Source: Macrostomum hystrix (Eukaryota; Animalia; Platyhelminthes). Taken from it: 64,000 bases of DNA. Position 1 is the stretch's first letter; the number at the start of each line of letters is the position of its first letter. The stretch is taken from NCBI GenBank assembly GCA_950097015.1, contig CATNEN010000029.1, positions 7,688,001-7,752,000 of the forward strand. The letters are read 5' to 3'. Below are positions 12,178 to 23,855 of this stretch, piece after piece. The notes under the pieces are model-generated. The model had not been told where the DNA came from and did no database searches. It worked only from the letters and a program-made list of their open reading frames with translations. The translations under genes and the position numbers were made by a program.

Positions 12178-15100
12178 TGCAATGCAGTGCAACCGAAATT
12201 ACATGTGACCAGTTTTCCATGCAATGGACCTTCTCCATCGCCGCCCTGGCTCGTCCGCAGCATCTCCGAGCCGGCGCGCCTGCGACTGCCGAACAGGCGC
12301 GGCGCAGCCACGGATCTCGAGCTGCCGCTGGCCGACGGTGGCCGACTCTTCGTGCCAGCCGGGGCGCTCAGCAGCATCAGACGAGGAGGCACTGGCCGAG
12401 CCTCTCGCGGTGCTGGGGCGAGTAACAAAAGGCGGCAACAACAGCCTACTGTAAATAAAGTACGCATAGATTTTATGGCAAGCAACATTACATGTAGATT
12501 TTTTATGATGCTGGAACACCCACACACCCAATCGCAAGCCCAATCCCCCACCCAATCCCACACCCAATCCCACACCCAACCCACACCCAGTCACATGACA
12601 TACCCGATCTCACACCCAATCCCCCACCCAATCCCACACCCAATACCACACCCAATCCCACACCCAATCCCACACCCAATCCCACACCCAATCCCACACC
12701 CAATCCAACACCCAATCCCACACCCAATCCCACACCCAATCCCACACCCAATCCCACACCCAATCCCCCACCCAATCCCACACCCAATCCCACAATCACC
12801 CCACACCCAATCCCACACCCAATGCCACACCCAATCCCACACCCAATCCCACACCCAATCCCCCACCCAATCCCACACCCAATCCCACACCCAATCCCAC
12901 ACCCAATCCCACACCCAATCCCACACCCAATCCCACACCCAATCCCACACCCAATCCCACACCCAATCCCCCACCAAATCCCACACCCAATCTCACATAC
13001 CCGATCCCACATAGCCAATCCCAATCACATCTGATTGGCACTCAATCCCATAACCCCATAATTCCACAAGCCCAAAATCCCATCTTCACCGTCCAGAGTC
13101 CAGGACAAACGCCACGCCGAAGCAGCAGGAGTGCCGCTGGCGGCCCTAGCGGCGGTCTCATCACCGCCTGGTCTGTTGACGGGGCGAACCTGCCCGACTG
13201 CACCCCACCGGTGCTGGAGCCGCTGGAACTGCTGGCCTCTCCAGTCTACCGGCTGCGACTGTCCGGCGGCTGTCCGGATGGTGCCACCAACTCAGAGACT
13301 GCCGCGGTCGCCTTGGCGACGCCCGAGGCTGCGTCAGCTGCGTCGATAAAGTCCGAAGCGGCAACGTCATCGCCAACGCCACTGTTGAAGCTGCCGCTGA
13401 CATCGCCGATCCGGCCAGACCCGTCCTGGCCGACCCTTCTGCGGCTCATGCACAGGCCAGAGCCGCCTTCGCCTCCTCCGCCGCCACCGCTGAAGGAAAA
13501 CAGCGATCTACTAGACGGGACTGATTCGCATGCGCTCATACCGCGGCCGCCGAGAATGCAGTGGCGCGAGCTGGTCATTGTGGCGGAGGTCATTAAAAGC
13601 CAATTGAACTTATAATCTTATCATTTATAATAATATGATTGTAGGCAGGGCTGCGGGCAATGGCACACCCGTTAAGTGATAGTCGACACGCAGCCAGTGA
13701 GGAGGCAATTCTCGAGGAAGCAACACAGATACACATATGCAGGCATACGCTCACATAGTTGCGTACACCTACCTGACTTTCTCAATACCTGAGTACAATA
13801 GAAACACTATCCCATCCTCTCAGGATGCTAGAAGTGTCACCTGCCGAGCAGTGAGCTCAGGTGTCTACCTGGTGACGCAACGGCCGCAGGTTGAGGTCTT
13901 CCCCGTAACGTCACGCGGCGGCCTGAACCGGGCGCGCATGTGCCCGCGAGTGTCCGTGCGGCTGCCTCGCGGTGGCTGCCTCGGCGAGGCGGAGTGCCGC
14001 CTGACGGTGAGAGACCTGGCTTACAATCCTCAATGTACTCTCATTAACTAAACACACGGGAACACCAGTACGTAAAATGAAACGATTTCTTGTGTATTTT
14101 TTAGCAAGCGAAAGTTGCCACTATCATTGAATGCATTATTGAGACGCGATTGTTAATAAAATTAATATTAATGCATTCGCTAAAGCAAAGTGGAAACCAG
14201 TCCTAGAGATCCACCCGATAGCACCCTGTGGGCAGTCGAAATACTTCGTCTTTGGAGCTGACAGTCGCATGATTTCTGAACTCCTCCATGACGGCTTGAA
14301 GACGCTGGCCGTCCTCGCTGCGCGTCAGTTGCCAGCGCCGCTCCACTGAGCAGTCCCGGGTTGCTTCGTTCAGCACGCGAACTGCCAGGGCCTCGGTCAA
14401 CAGGCCGCCAACCTCGCTGCGCATCCACAGCTGCCACTGGAGATTGTAGTCGTGATGCCGCACCTCGGTGAATTGGCCCGGATTTGACAGCGCGCTGCAA
14501 GCGGCGTCTCCCAAGCCGATTGAAACTCGCCGTCCAACTGGAACTCGTTCGTGTTGACGCGTTCACAGCGCTGCAGACCCAATGGCCAAATGCGGCTCGT
14601 CATGTAGGCAGCTCTGTTCCTGTCGCCCATGTAGTAGGCAGTTGGCCATGTGGCTGGTGAACCATCTGACCGACGCCTCACAACCTTAATGGACGAAGTG
14701 ACCGCGATGTCATAATGAGCCTCCTTCATCTCCACCAGGCTGTACTCATCATCGTAGTTAGACACGTTGAACTTGGCTAGTAGGGCGCGGACTCGCCATT
14801 TGTCGCCTCTGTCGCGCTGACAGAAGGCCGCCGCAGCGCATGATGTCGGCGGACCGTTCAGTTTGGTGGCGAAGCTGTTCATGCCACCGCCGCCGGTCAC
14901 TGACATCCATCGAGCTAGCAGGCGAGACTGTTCATCTGTAATCTTGATGCTTTCGCGCGGTGCTCGCTGCTTTGTCTCAAATGAAGGCGCCTCAGATTTT
15001 GGAGACGGCCAAGTCAACCAAACTAATGGCAAAAGCAGCAGCAGCAGAAGCAGCGGCAGCAACCGGACTAGAAGCAACGACAGACTTACTCCAGACTTTG

Positions 15101-17112
15101 CCCTCATTCCTGGTGTTGGCTGGGTGCTGTTTTCACACTAGTCTAATCTCAACACACGGCCATGCAGCAGATAAAAGGACTCGACGAAACTCGGCCCTCT
15201 CTCTTTTAAGCTGCGATGTGATTTGTGCCATAGACATAACTGTGCCGGCACTCTAAAAAATATGCATCAAAATCATTTTGTCTATGGCTGCCGGTTATTT
15301 TATTAGGTGGACTAAAAATGTCTTCGATGAATTCGCGATCTCGAAAGGAAATGACTGAATTAGTACATTCTAATGACACACCCACCCACCCACACACACA
15401 CACACACACACTTTCAAGTGGGCGTAAACTTTTTTATTTCGAGAGTCGAAATATCAACCAACCAACGAAAAAACAACCAACAAAACCGAAGACTGCGTAC
15501 AGCTGTACAAGTCTTCACATTTTGCACCTTCGCCCTCAGGTGCTGCCCTTCACAACCAGCCTGCCACCGTCTGCCTCAGCTGAGCTTCTCGCCCTCTCGC
15601 CCGTCTACGATTTTCGTCTCTCAGTCGCCGCTGGAGTTTCGGCCGCGACGGCCAGCGACACTTCGCCTTCCGCTGCCGCCGACGCTGCCGACTAACTCCG
15701 CCGATGCTGACGCTGCTACTGTCGTCATTCTGCGCCAATCGGAGGAGTCAGCAAACTGGCGCGTCCTCTGGGAGCTACCGCTGGCCAGCGCGGAGACCGG
15801 CGGCGCCGGCGTCGTCTCTTTCGACACCAGCCGGCTGGCGGCCGCCTTCTGCCTGGCCGTCCTGCGGCCGAGCGCTCCTGCCGGCGGGCCGCAGCGGGTG
15901 GCCGCCTCGGCGCTGCCGCTAATGCGCAGCCTGGCCGAAGCTCCGCCCGGTCGGCTGCTGGCGTTCGCCGATCTCCGCACACTGGCTGCTGCTGCTGCTG
16001 CCGATGGCTCATTTCGAAGGTTGTTCTGTGCGAACTGATAATAAAATCTGTGTAGAAGTGTAAAATTCTGCTGATGCTGAAGGACTGTCCAGCGCCTGTC
16101 CCAGACACAAGAAGGACTCTAGGCTCTCGATTAGGTCGATTAAGAGTAGAAAGATCACGTGGAGCATTTAAAATACCCGCACCTTTTTTCTGTATCCTAA
16201 AATATAAAAAAATCTTCACAAAAATCCAGAATACAAGCTCACATTTTCAAATTTAGTTCATTGAAAAGGGCGGAGAAGAAATTTTGATCCAAATGGTGGA
16301 CTTTCACTAAAGTCGGTCATTCGGTTTGGAAGCTATCGTGAAGTAGGCAGGCGGGTCTTTGCCCGGGAATTGCAAAACACAGAAAGTGCACACTTGTGAA
16401 CATCGATTAATTATTCAATCACACAGCCCCAGTCACTGGCGGCTCTGTCTTCGCTGGCAGATGACTACAAGCGGAGGCGGCGGCGCCGCTGCCGAATCAC
16501 CCGACGGCGTCGTCCGCGACGGCAACTGGACGCCGGTTGGCGTTTCAGCATTGATGCGGCTGCGCGAAGGCGCCACATTTGCGCTTCGCCTAAGCGGGAC
16601 AGCTGACTATGGCGATGTCCACGACCGCAGTCATCCAGTTTCGTCGCTCCTGCCCGGGACTGCCAGTCATCTATCGCGTCCGACCATCGGAGTCGGCCGT
16701 GGCTGCGGCGGCGGCTTCCGAAGCGAGAGCTGCAGAGTCAGAGTCGCCGCCAGCGGATGTCGTTCCGTCAGCAGTTCAAGCGGAACCGGCGACGCAATCC
16801 GGCGATGACCTAGAATCAAAGAAGAAGTCAAAGTCGGAATTGTTTCGGTGAATAATCGATTGATTCTGTTTCATTTTTCTGAATCATAGAACTTCACGTT
16901 GAGCTGTTATCGAGTTCAGTAGATTCAGTAGAATCATAGACATTATCCAATATTTTTGCATGAAATAAATGTCTTGCAGGGCTCAGCTGACAGTCGCTGA
17001 CGAATACGGCACACCGGTGCTAGCGGCCGAGCTGACCTATGATCTAGACAGCCTGTGCCGCTTGCTGGGCCTCATGGCTAACCAGGTGCAACAGCAGCAG
17101 CAACAGCAGCAG

Positions 17113-17146
<34 letters not shown>

Positions 17147-17267
17147 TACAGCAGCAGCTACAGCAGCAGCTACAGCAGCAGCAGCAACAGCAGCAGCAAC
17201 AACAGCACCAGCAACAGCAGCAGCAACAGCAGCAACAGCAGCAACATCAGCAACAGCAGCAACAGCA

Positions 17268-17314
<47 letters not shown>

Positions 17315-18577
17315 AACAGCAACAGATGCAGCAGCAGCAGCAGCTAAAGATGCAGCAACAGCAGCAACAGCAGCAACATCAGCAACAGCAGCAACAACAG
17401 CAACAGATGCAGCAGCAGCAGCAGCCAAAGATGCAGCAACCGCTACCCTCGCCAACAAGGTCTCTACCGAAGCTCGCACCGGTTGGTCAGACGACCACCA
17501 AGAGACAATCCGTTAGGCTGTCTGGCCGCGCGAAGAAGCGCGGACCGGATCCTGTGCAACTGGCTCCGGCCGTGCCCACCAGTGAGTGCTGTGTGTGTGT
17601 GTGTGTTTGTGGAAATGACGGAGCCCTGATCGTGGGATAATGAATGACCCCTGGTGGGATCAAGACCCACTGAGTGACCCCAGGCGGGATCAATACCGAC
17701 TGAGTGATCCAAGGTGGGATTTAAGACACACTGAGTGACCCCAGATGAGATCAAGACCCACTGAGTGACCCCAGATGAGATCAAGACCCACTGAGTGACC
17801 CCAGATGAGATCAAGACCCACTGAGGGACCCCAGATGAGATCAAGACCCACTGAGTGACCCCAGATGATATCAAGACCCACTGAGTGACCCCAGATGAGA
17901 TCAAGACCCTCTGAGGGACCCCAGGTGGGATTTAAGACACACTGAGTGACCCCAGATGAGATCAAGACCCACTGAGTGACCCCAGATGAGATCAAGACCC
18001 TCTGAGGGACCCCAGATGAGATCAAGACCCACTGAGTGACCCCAGATGAGATCAACACCGAGTGACCCCAGATTAGATCAAGACCCTCTGAGGGACCCCA
18101 GGTGGGATTTAAGACACACTGAGTGACCCCAGGGCCAGGTGGGATCATTGTGACTAGGAGAGATACAAGATCTATTTAAAACCAAGACGCATCCACCGAT
18201 TCGCAGGGGACCGCGAACCCAAGGTGCTGACCGGTCGCAGCCTGCAGTTCCTAGCTGAGCAATTCCTGCCGCGCCAGCTGGGACTCGGACTGGCTCGCCA
18301 GCTTCGCCTACCTGAGGGGGCCATCGCCGGCCTAGGATTCGACTCGGCAGCCGCGGCCGCCTCCGCCGCCGGCTCCGCTACAACAGGCAGCCTGGCCTAC
18401 AAGGCTCTGTTGCTATGGAAACGCTCGCTGGGATCCGTCGCCGCTGCTGCCTCCGTCGAGACCCTGGCACTGGCTTTGGCGTCAGTTGGTCGACCGGAAC
18501 TGGCAGACAGTGTTCGACGGTGCCACGCCGCCGACAGAGAATTCACGGCTGTAGCCGGTCAAGTCGAGTCACAATGA
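12178..18577 (+). CDS. DTHD1: ZU5-ZU5-UPA-(polyQ)-death domain protein, DTHD1/ankyrin/PIDD-like architecture
   Basis: Exons 12178-12421, 13104-13588, 13824-14006, 15540-~16020, ~16461-16847, 16980-17581, 18207-18577. Splice phases consistent except around 16020-16461. ZU5-like ITAWSV..PPVLEPLELLASPVYRL and RPATLRLPLP; UPA-like LREGATFALRLSG; C-terminal death domain (LLWKRS...LALALASVGRPELA). 5' end not found; apparent frameshifts near 15620 and 16610. Confidence 0.7.
12520..13050. repeat. 12-bp array (CCCACACCCAAT)n in an intron of the DTHD1-like gene
   Basis: About 40 copies; explains the PIPH/TQSH/GIGC/WDWV ORFs. Confidence 0.95.
13635..13790 (-). mobile_element. Diverged SINE family A 3' part
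   Basis: Reverse complement of GAATTGCCTC..GGCTGCG...GTGCCATTGCCCGCAGCCC. Confidence 0.7.
14203..15107 (-). CDS. Nested intronless gene, predicted type II membrane protein of unknown family, with one apparent frameshift
   Basis: ATG at 15107, N-terminal hydrophobic segment (LLLVRLLPLLLLLLLLPLVWLTW), GC-rich coding-like sequence. The 15107 frame and the frame ending at 14203 overlap near 14515-14530. Lies wholly within intron 14007-15539 of the + gene. Confidence 0.55.
17089..17440 (+). repeat. CAG/CAA trinucleotide tract, in frame as about 110 Gln-rich codons
   Basis: In ORF 16969-17640 between the UPA-like segment and the donor at 17581. Confidence 0.9.
17640..18140. repeat. About 30-bp intronic minisatellite (ATCAAGACCCACTGAGTGACCCCAGATGAG)
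   Basis: About 16 units with variant blocks, inside intron 17582-18206. Confidence 0.9.
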
Positions 18578-18942
18578 ACCGCCTTGAAACTTTAGTGCCT
18601 ATCTGTCTTTTATCCTGTTTTTTCAGATATTTCTTTCCTACATCTTTAACTTCTTTGACTGCTCAAAGTAGATGTGTCTTATTACTGACTAAGTAAGACT
18701 AATATTTTATCAGCTATAAAAGCCAGCTTATTTTTTACTGTACTTTGCTAAAGGTAAAGGAGACAGAATTTCAGGAAGCAATTTTTAGATTTTAAATATA
18801 TATTTTTAGAGACAACTTCTCAACAGAAAGCACATTACAGGTTTCTTTTTTATTTACTGTTCTCTGTATCTTAGCTGACGTTTGTGACAGTTAATTTATT
18901 TTGCGACTTCACGAAACAAGTCCTTATTATCCCCAGCATTCG

Positions 18943-19232
18943 GGGGTGAGAAGCAGAGCGGTTAACGAATCTGCCTCTCGCATTAAGGTTCCTGAGCTCG
19001 ATTCCGCGGCGAGGCCATATTCATTTGGGGCGCAGTCGCGGAGAGAAGGCTTGGGGGCTTGTCGTGCAATTTACGCCCTTGAGGGCCGACCTCCAAAGCA
19101 CAGTGATAGTGTGCACTGCCTGACAATGAGAAAGTCAGGGCAGATGTACACACCTTTGTGAGCGCGTGCCTGCGAACTGTGCGCGTGTGCTCAGGGGTCA
19201 GCGAAATGGGCAGAATTGGCTCCTCGCTGGCT
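18943..19232 (+). mobile_element. SINE family A copy
   Basis: tRNA-like head GCAGAGCGGTTAACG...GAGCTCGATTCC and full body; 3' end truncated. Confidence 0.88.
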
Positions 19233-20149
19233 TATTACCATTCCTACCCCATCATTGCATTTGTGTCAGCGGCAATTAGCCAGTCTTAGATCTGCAGATG
19301 GATAAACAAAGGAGAACATTAGTTGGGGCTGAAGTGATTAATCAGATTTTTACAAACGAAAAACCAGTGGAACAAAGCTGCAACGAATCGTACAGTAATA
19401 TCGACCAGCGTCTGTTTATTTTGGGCGAAAATCGAAATAAAACCGATCGATTTGTGCTCAAAGGGCAAAAAATTGAGTCAATTAAGCAAAGAAATGCTAC
19501 AGTATAGTATCAAACAGATCAAGCTTTGAATTCCAAAAATAAGCTAAAATCTTACTGCGATACAATAATGCTGTCACAATGGAAGAAATTGTGCTAATGA
19601 ATAACTTGAAAATAACGGTGATTTAACTACTTCGCGACAATGAGACTGGTCAGTCTTGCCTGAGAAAGAATTCTTCCAGTGTCAGATCTTTCAGCCTTGT
19701 CCTAGGGGGAAGGGGGCAACATTGTAAAAGCAGAATCCACAAAGTAAAGAATCAGGCTAATTGTGGGTATGTAAAATCCGGGATAGGTACAAACTACTGT
19801 TATAAAAAGTACACTAATATGATATAGTACTACAGTACTACAAAATGCACAGATAGCAAATTAGAAAATCAGTCATAAGAGATGTATCCGCATACGTATA
19901 TATGAATTCGTTTTTTAAAGCAGAACAAATGCACGAATCCGATCGGTAGTAAAAAAGCAAGACTGCTATAGTAGCTAGTTTCTAGGAGTAAATTGAAAGA
20001 TATCAAAGTGAAAGCAACAAAGCCTTGATGCAAGCTTCTCCCTGTCTGGGTTTGCACAGATAAATGTAATCTCCCACTATAGAATCCCATCAACTGGATG
20101 ATCCCCTTCAGTGAAATTATATGGGATTCCAGGACACTGGAAGGCATTG

Positions 20150-21105
20150 TCATCAGTGGAATCTCCAACAATAGGATTTCCCTGAGTTGAATCTCCCACA
20201 ATAGGATTACTTTGAGTGGAATATCCCACAATAGGATTACTTTGAGTGGAATATCCCAAAATAGGATTACTCTGAGTGGAATATCCCAAAATAGGGTTAC
20301 CCTGAGTGGAATCTCCCACAATAGGATTACTTTGAGTGGAATATCCCACAATAGGATTACTCTGAGTTGAATATCCCAAAATAGGATTACTCTGAGTTGA
20401 ATCTCCCACAATAGGATTACTCTGAGTGGAATATCCCACAATAGGATTACTCTGAGTGGAATATCCCAAAATAGGATTACTCTGAGTGGAATATCCCAAA
20501 ATAGGATTACCCTGAGTTGAATCTCCCACAATAGGATTACTCTGAGTGGAATATCCCAAAATAGGATTACTCTGAGTGGAATATCCCACAATAGGATTAC
20601 TCTGAGTGGAATATCCCAAAATAGGATTACTCTGAGTGGAATATCCCACAATAGGATTACTCTGAGTGGAATATCCCACAATAGGATTACTCTGAGTGGA
20701 ATATCCCAAAATAGGATTACTCTGAGTGGAATATCCCACAATAGGATTACTCTGAGTGGAATATCCCAAAATAGGATTACTCTGAGTGGAATATCCCACA
20801 ATAGGATTACTCTGAGTGGAATATCCCACAATAGGATTACTCTGAGTGGAATATCCCAAAATAGGATTACTCTGAGTGGAATATCCCAAAATAGGGTTAC
20901 CCTGAGTGGAATATCCCACAATAGGATTACTCTGAGTGGAATATCCCACAATAGGATTACTTTGAGTGGAATATCCCAAAATAGGATTACTCTGAGTGGA
21001 ATATCCCAAAATAGGGTTACCCTGAGTGGAATCTCCCACAATAGGATTCCCCTTAGTGGAATCTCTTACAATAGGATTCCCGAGTGGAATCTCCCACATT
21101 TTCAC
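20150..21105. repeat. 30-bp tandem array (TCTGAGTGGAATATCCCACAATAGGATTAC)
   Basis: About 31 copies; source of the 390-aa and 342-aa ORFs. Confidence 0.95.
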
Positions 21106-21227
21106 TAAATTTCACTGAGGGTGAAGCACTAGTTTACTCTATATAGTAAACGAGAAAACAATTGTGGTATATTTTACTAATTAGGCCAAGTTCATCCTAG
21201 CTCGGTCGGTTTGATTGAATCATTTAG

Positions 21228-23855
21228 TCAGTAGGCAAGAGATTTCGTTGAAGCGCGAAATTTTTTAGCAACCGGTTGGTTTGGCGACCTTAACAGCTGA
21301 CAGCCAGAGCCACATGAGGCACGCTTCATTGGCGGCGTCAGTTTCCGAGAGCGGCGAAACACAGGCGACAGGCTATGACTAATTGTACTATTATTGCTTT
21401 TATTATCACAAAAGCGGCGACGGCGTCGACAGGCGGCGACAGCTCGCGACGTCGAAAATATTGGCGACGGAGTTTGCAGCAGTGGCAGAGGCCGGGGCGG
21501 CTGTTGCTGAAATCGAAGCGGCAGTGGCGACAGAAAACTGCTGCCCTTGCAATCATCAGCTTCGTCGTCGGAGCTTAAATCGTCGAGATCGAATCCGCCG
21601 ATACCGCCGCCACCTCCGGCAGCGGCCCCTGTCGGCAAAGGCTGGGTGATAAAGTCTGGAAAGGCGAGTTCGGCTGCATTGTCAGCGCCTGCACCGGCGG
21701 GCGGAGATTTCGTCGCAACGGCACGAGCTGGAGTCAAGCCGCCGAAGCTGAGCTCGGATGTGCAGAGAGGATCTACGGGCCTGAGAAGTGCAGTTATGCG
21801 TATTGCAGCATTTATTAACGGTAAGAGTACATGCGAGAGCCGCCTAGACTCGTGGGAGAACTAAATGGCATGCCCTCAATCAGAAAATAGTTAAAAGCTC
21901 ACTTACTCATTGATGCTGTCATTTCTCCACTGTGAGTCCTGCGAAATAAGATGAAAGCAAGAAAGAGTCTTGTTAAGAAAATAGAATGGATTTAGTAAGG
22001 ATTCGCTTTTTAATAGGATAGGGTACAGCCATTCAGAGTACAGGTCACAGCAATACACAGAGTATAGGTCACAGTTATACACAGAATACAGGTCACAGCA
22101 ATACACCGAGTATAGGTCACAGTTATACACAGAAAACAGGTCACAGCAATACACCGAGTATAGGTCACAGTTATACACAGAAAACAGGTCACAGCAATAC
22201 ACCGAGTATAGGTCACAGTTATACACAGAAAACAGGTCACAGCAATACACCGAGTATAGGTCACAGTTATACACAGAAAACAGGTCACAGAAATACACCA
22301 AGTATAGGTCACAGTTATACACAGAAAACAGGTCACAGCAATACACCGAGTATAGGTCACAGTTATACACAGAAAACAGGTCACAGCAATACACCGAGTA
22401 TAGGTCACAGTTATACACAGAAAACAGGTCACAGAAATACACCAAGTATAGGTCACAGTTATACACAGAGGACAGGTCACAGCAATACACCAAGTATAGG
22501 TCACAGTTATACACAGAAAACAGGTCACAGAAATACACCGAGTATAGGTCACAGTTATACACAGAGGACAGGTCACAGCAATACACCAAGTATAGGTCAC
22601 AGTTATACACAGAGGACAGGTCACAGCAATACACCAAGTATAGGTCACAGTTATACACAGAGGACAGGTCACAGCAATACACCAAGTATAGGTCACAGTT
22701 ATACACAGAGGACAGGTCACAGCAATACACCAAGTATAGGTCACAGTTATAAACAGAGTACAGGTCACAGCAATACACCAAGTATAGGTCACAGTTATAC
22801 ACAGAGGACAGGTCACAGCAATACACCAAGTATAGGTCACAGTTATACACAGAGGACAGGTCACAGCAATACACCAAGTATAGGTCACAGTTATACACAG
22901 AGGAACAGGTCACAGCAATACACCGAGTATAGGTCACAGTTATACACAGAGGACAGGTCACAGCAATACACCAAGTATAGGTCACAGTTATACACAGAGG
23001 ACAGGTCACAGCAATACACCAAGTATAGGTCACAGTTATACACAGAGGACAGGTCACAGCAATACACCAAGTATAGGTCACAGTTATACACAGAAAACAG
23101 GTCACAGCAATACACCGAGTATAGGTCACAGTTATACACAGAAAACAGGTCACAGCAATACACCGAGTATAGGTCACAGTTATACACAGAGGACAGGTCA
23201 CAGCAATACACCGAGTATAGGTCACAGTCATACACAGAGGACAGGTCACAGCAATACACCAAGTATAGGTCACAGTTATAAACAGAAGTACAGGTCACAG
23301 CAATACACCAAGTATAGGTCACAGTTATACACAGAGGACAGGTCACAGCAATACACCAAGTATAGGTCACAGTTATACACAGAGGACAGGTCACAGCCAT
23401 ACACAGAGGACAGGTCACAGCCATACACAGAGGACAGGTTACAGTCATTTAGAGGACAGGTCACATAAATTTCACAGAGGACAGGTTACTGCAAGTCTGC
23501 AATACACAGAGTGCAAGTCACAGCCATACAAAGGACAGGTCACAGCAATACACAGAGTATAGGTCACAGAAATACACAGAGTACAGGTTACAGACATACA
23601 CAAAGGCCAGGTCATAACACAACTCACTGGTGGCTGATAGTACTGTGTAACAGGCGCCAGTGACAATGGTAGCTGGCTGGGCCAATTCTGACCGCAGGCA
23701 AATCCAGGCTCAGAATCAGTAGCCAATGTATCAGGAGAAGTGTCTGGTTTTTTATCATCGACACCTTGATCTAGCTCACAGTCTTCATCATCAAAGTCCT
23801 CCTCATCACAGCCGGCAAACAACTCAACTAAGGAGTTGTTGTTATCCCTGACCAA
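21228..23855 (-). CDS. 3' exons of an unidentified low-complexity protein
   Basis: Exons ~23850-23628 (donor GTGAGT, phase 0), 21938-21907 (phase 2, GTAAGT), 21780-21228 (stop) splice into one frame: ...YYQPP|DSQWRNDSINE|PVDPLCTSEL... Possible further exons at 25.2-26.4 kb not resolved. Confidence 0.6.
22035..23610. repeat. 48-bp higher-order array of two 24-bp subunits
   Basis: ACAGGTCACAGCAATACACCAAGT + ATAGGTCACAGTTATACACAGAGG, decaying to monomers near 23400; fills intron 21939-23627. Confidence 0.95.

Noticed and set aside
18943-19020. tRNA gene
   Set aside because: A/B boxes present, but no cloverleaf or acceptor stem and it continues into a dispersed repeat body; it is a SINE head.
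19869-23464. Long ORFs of 185-456 aa
   Set aside because: Stop-free frames of 30-bp and 48-bp arrays.
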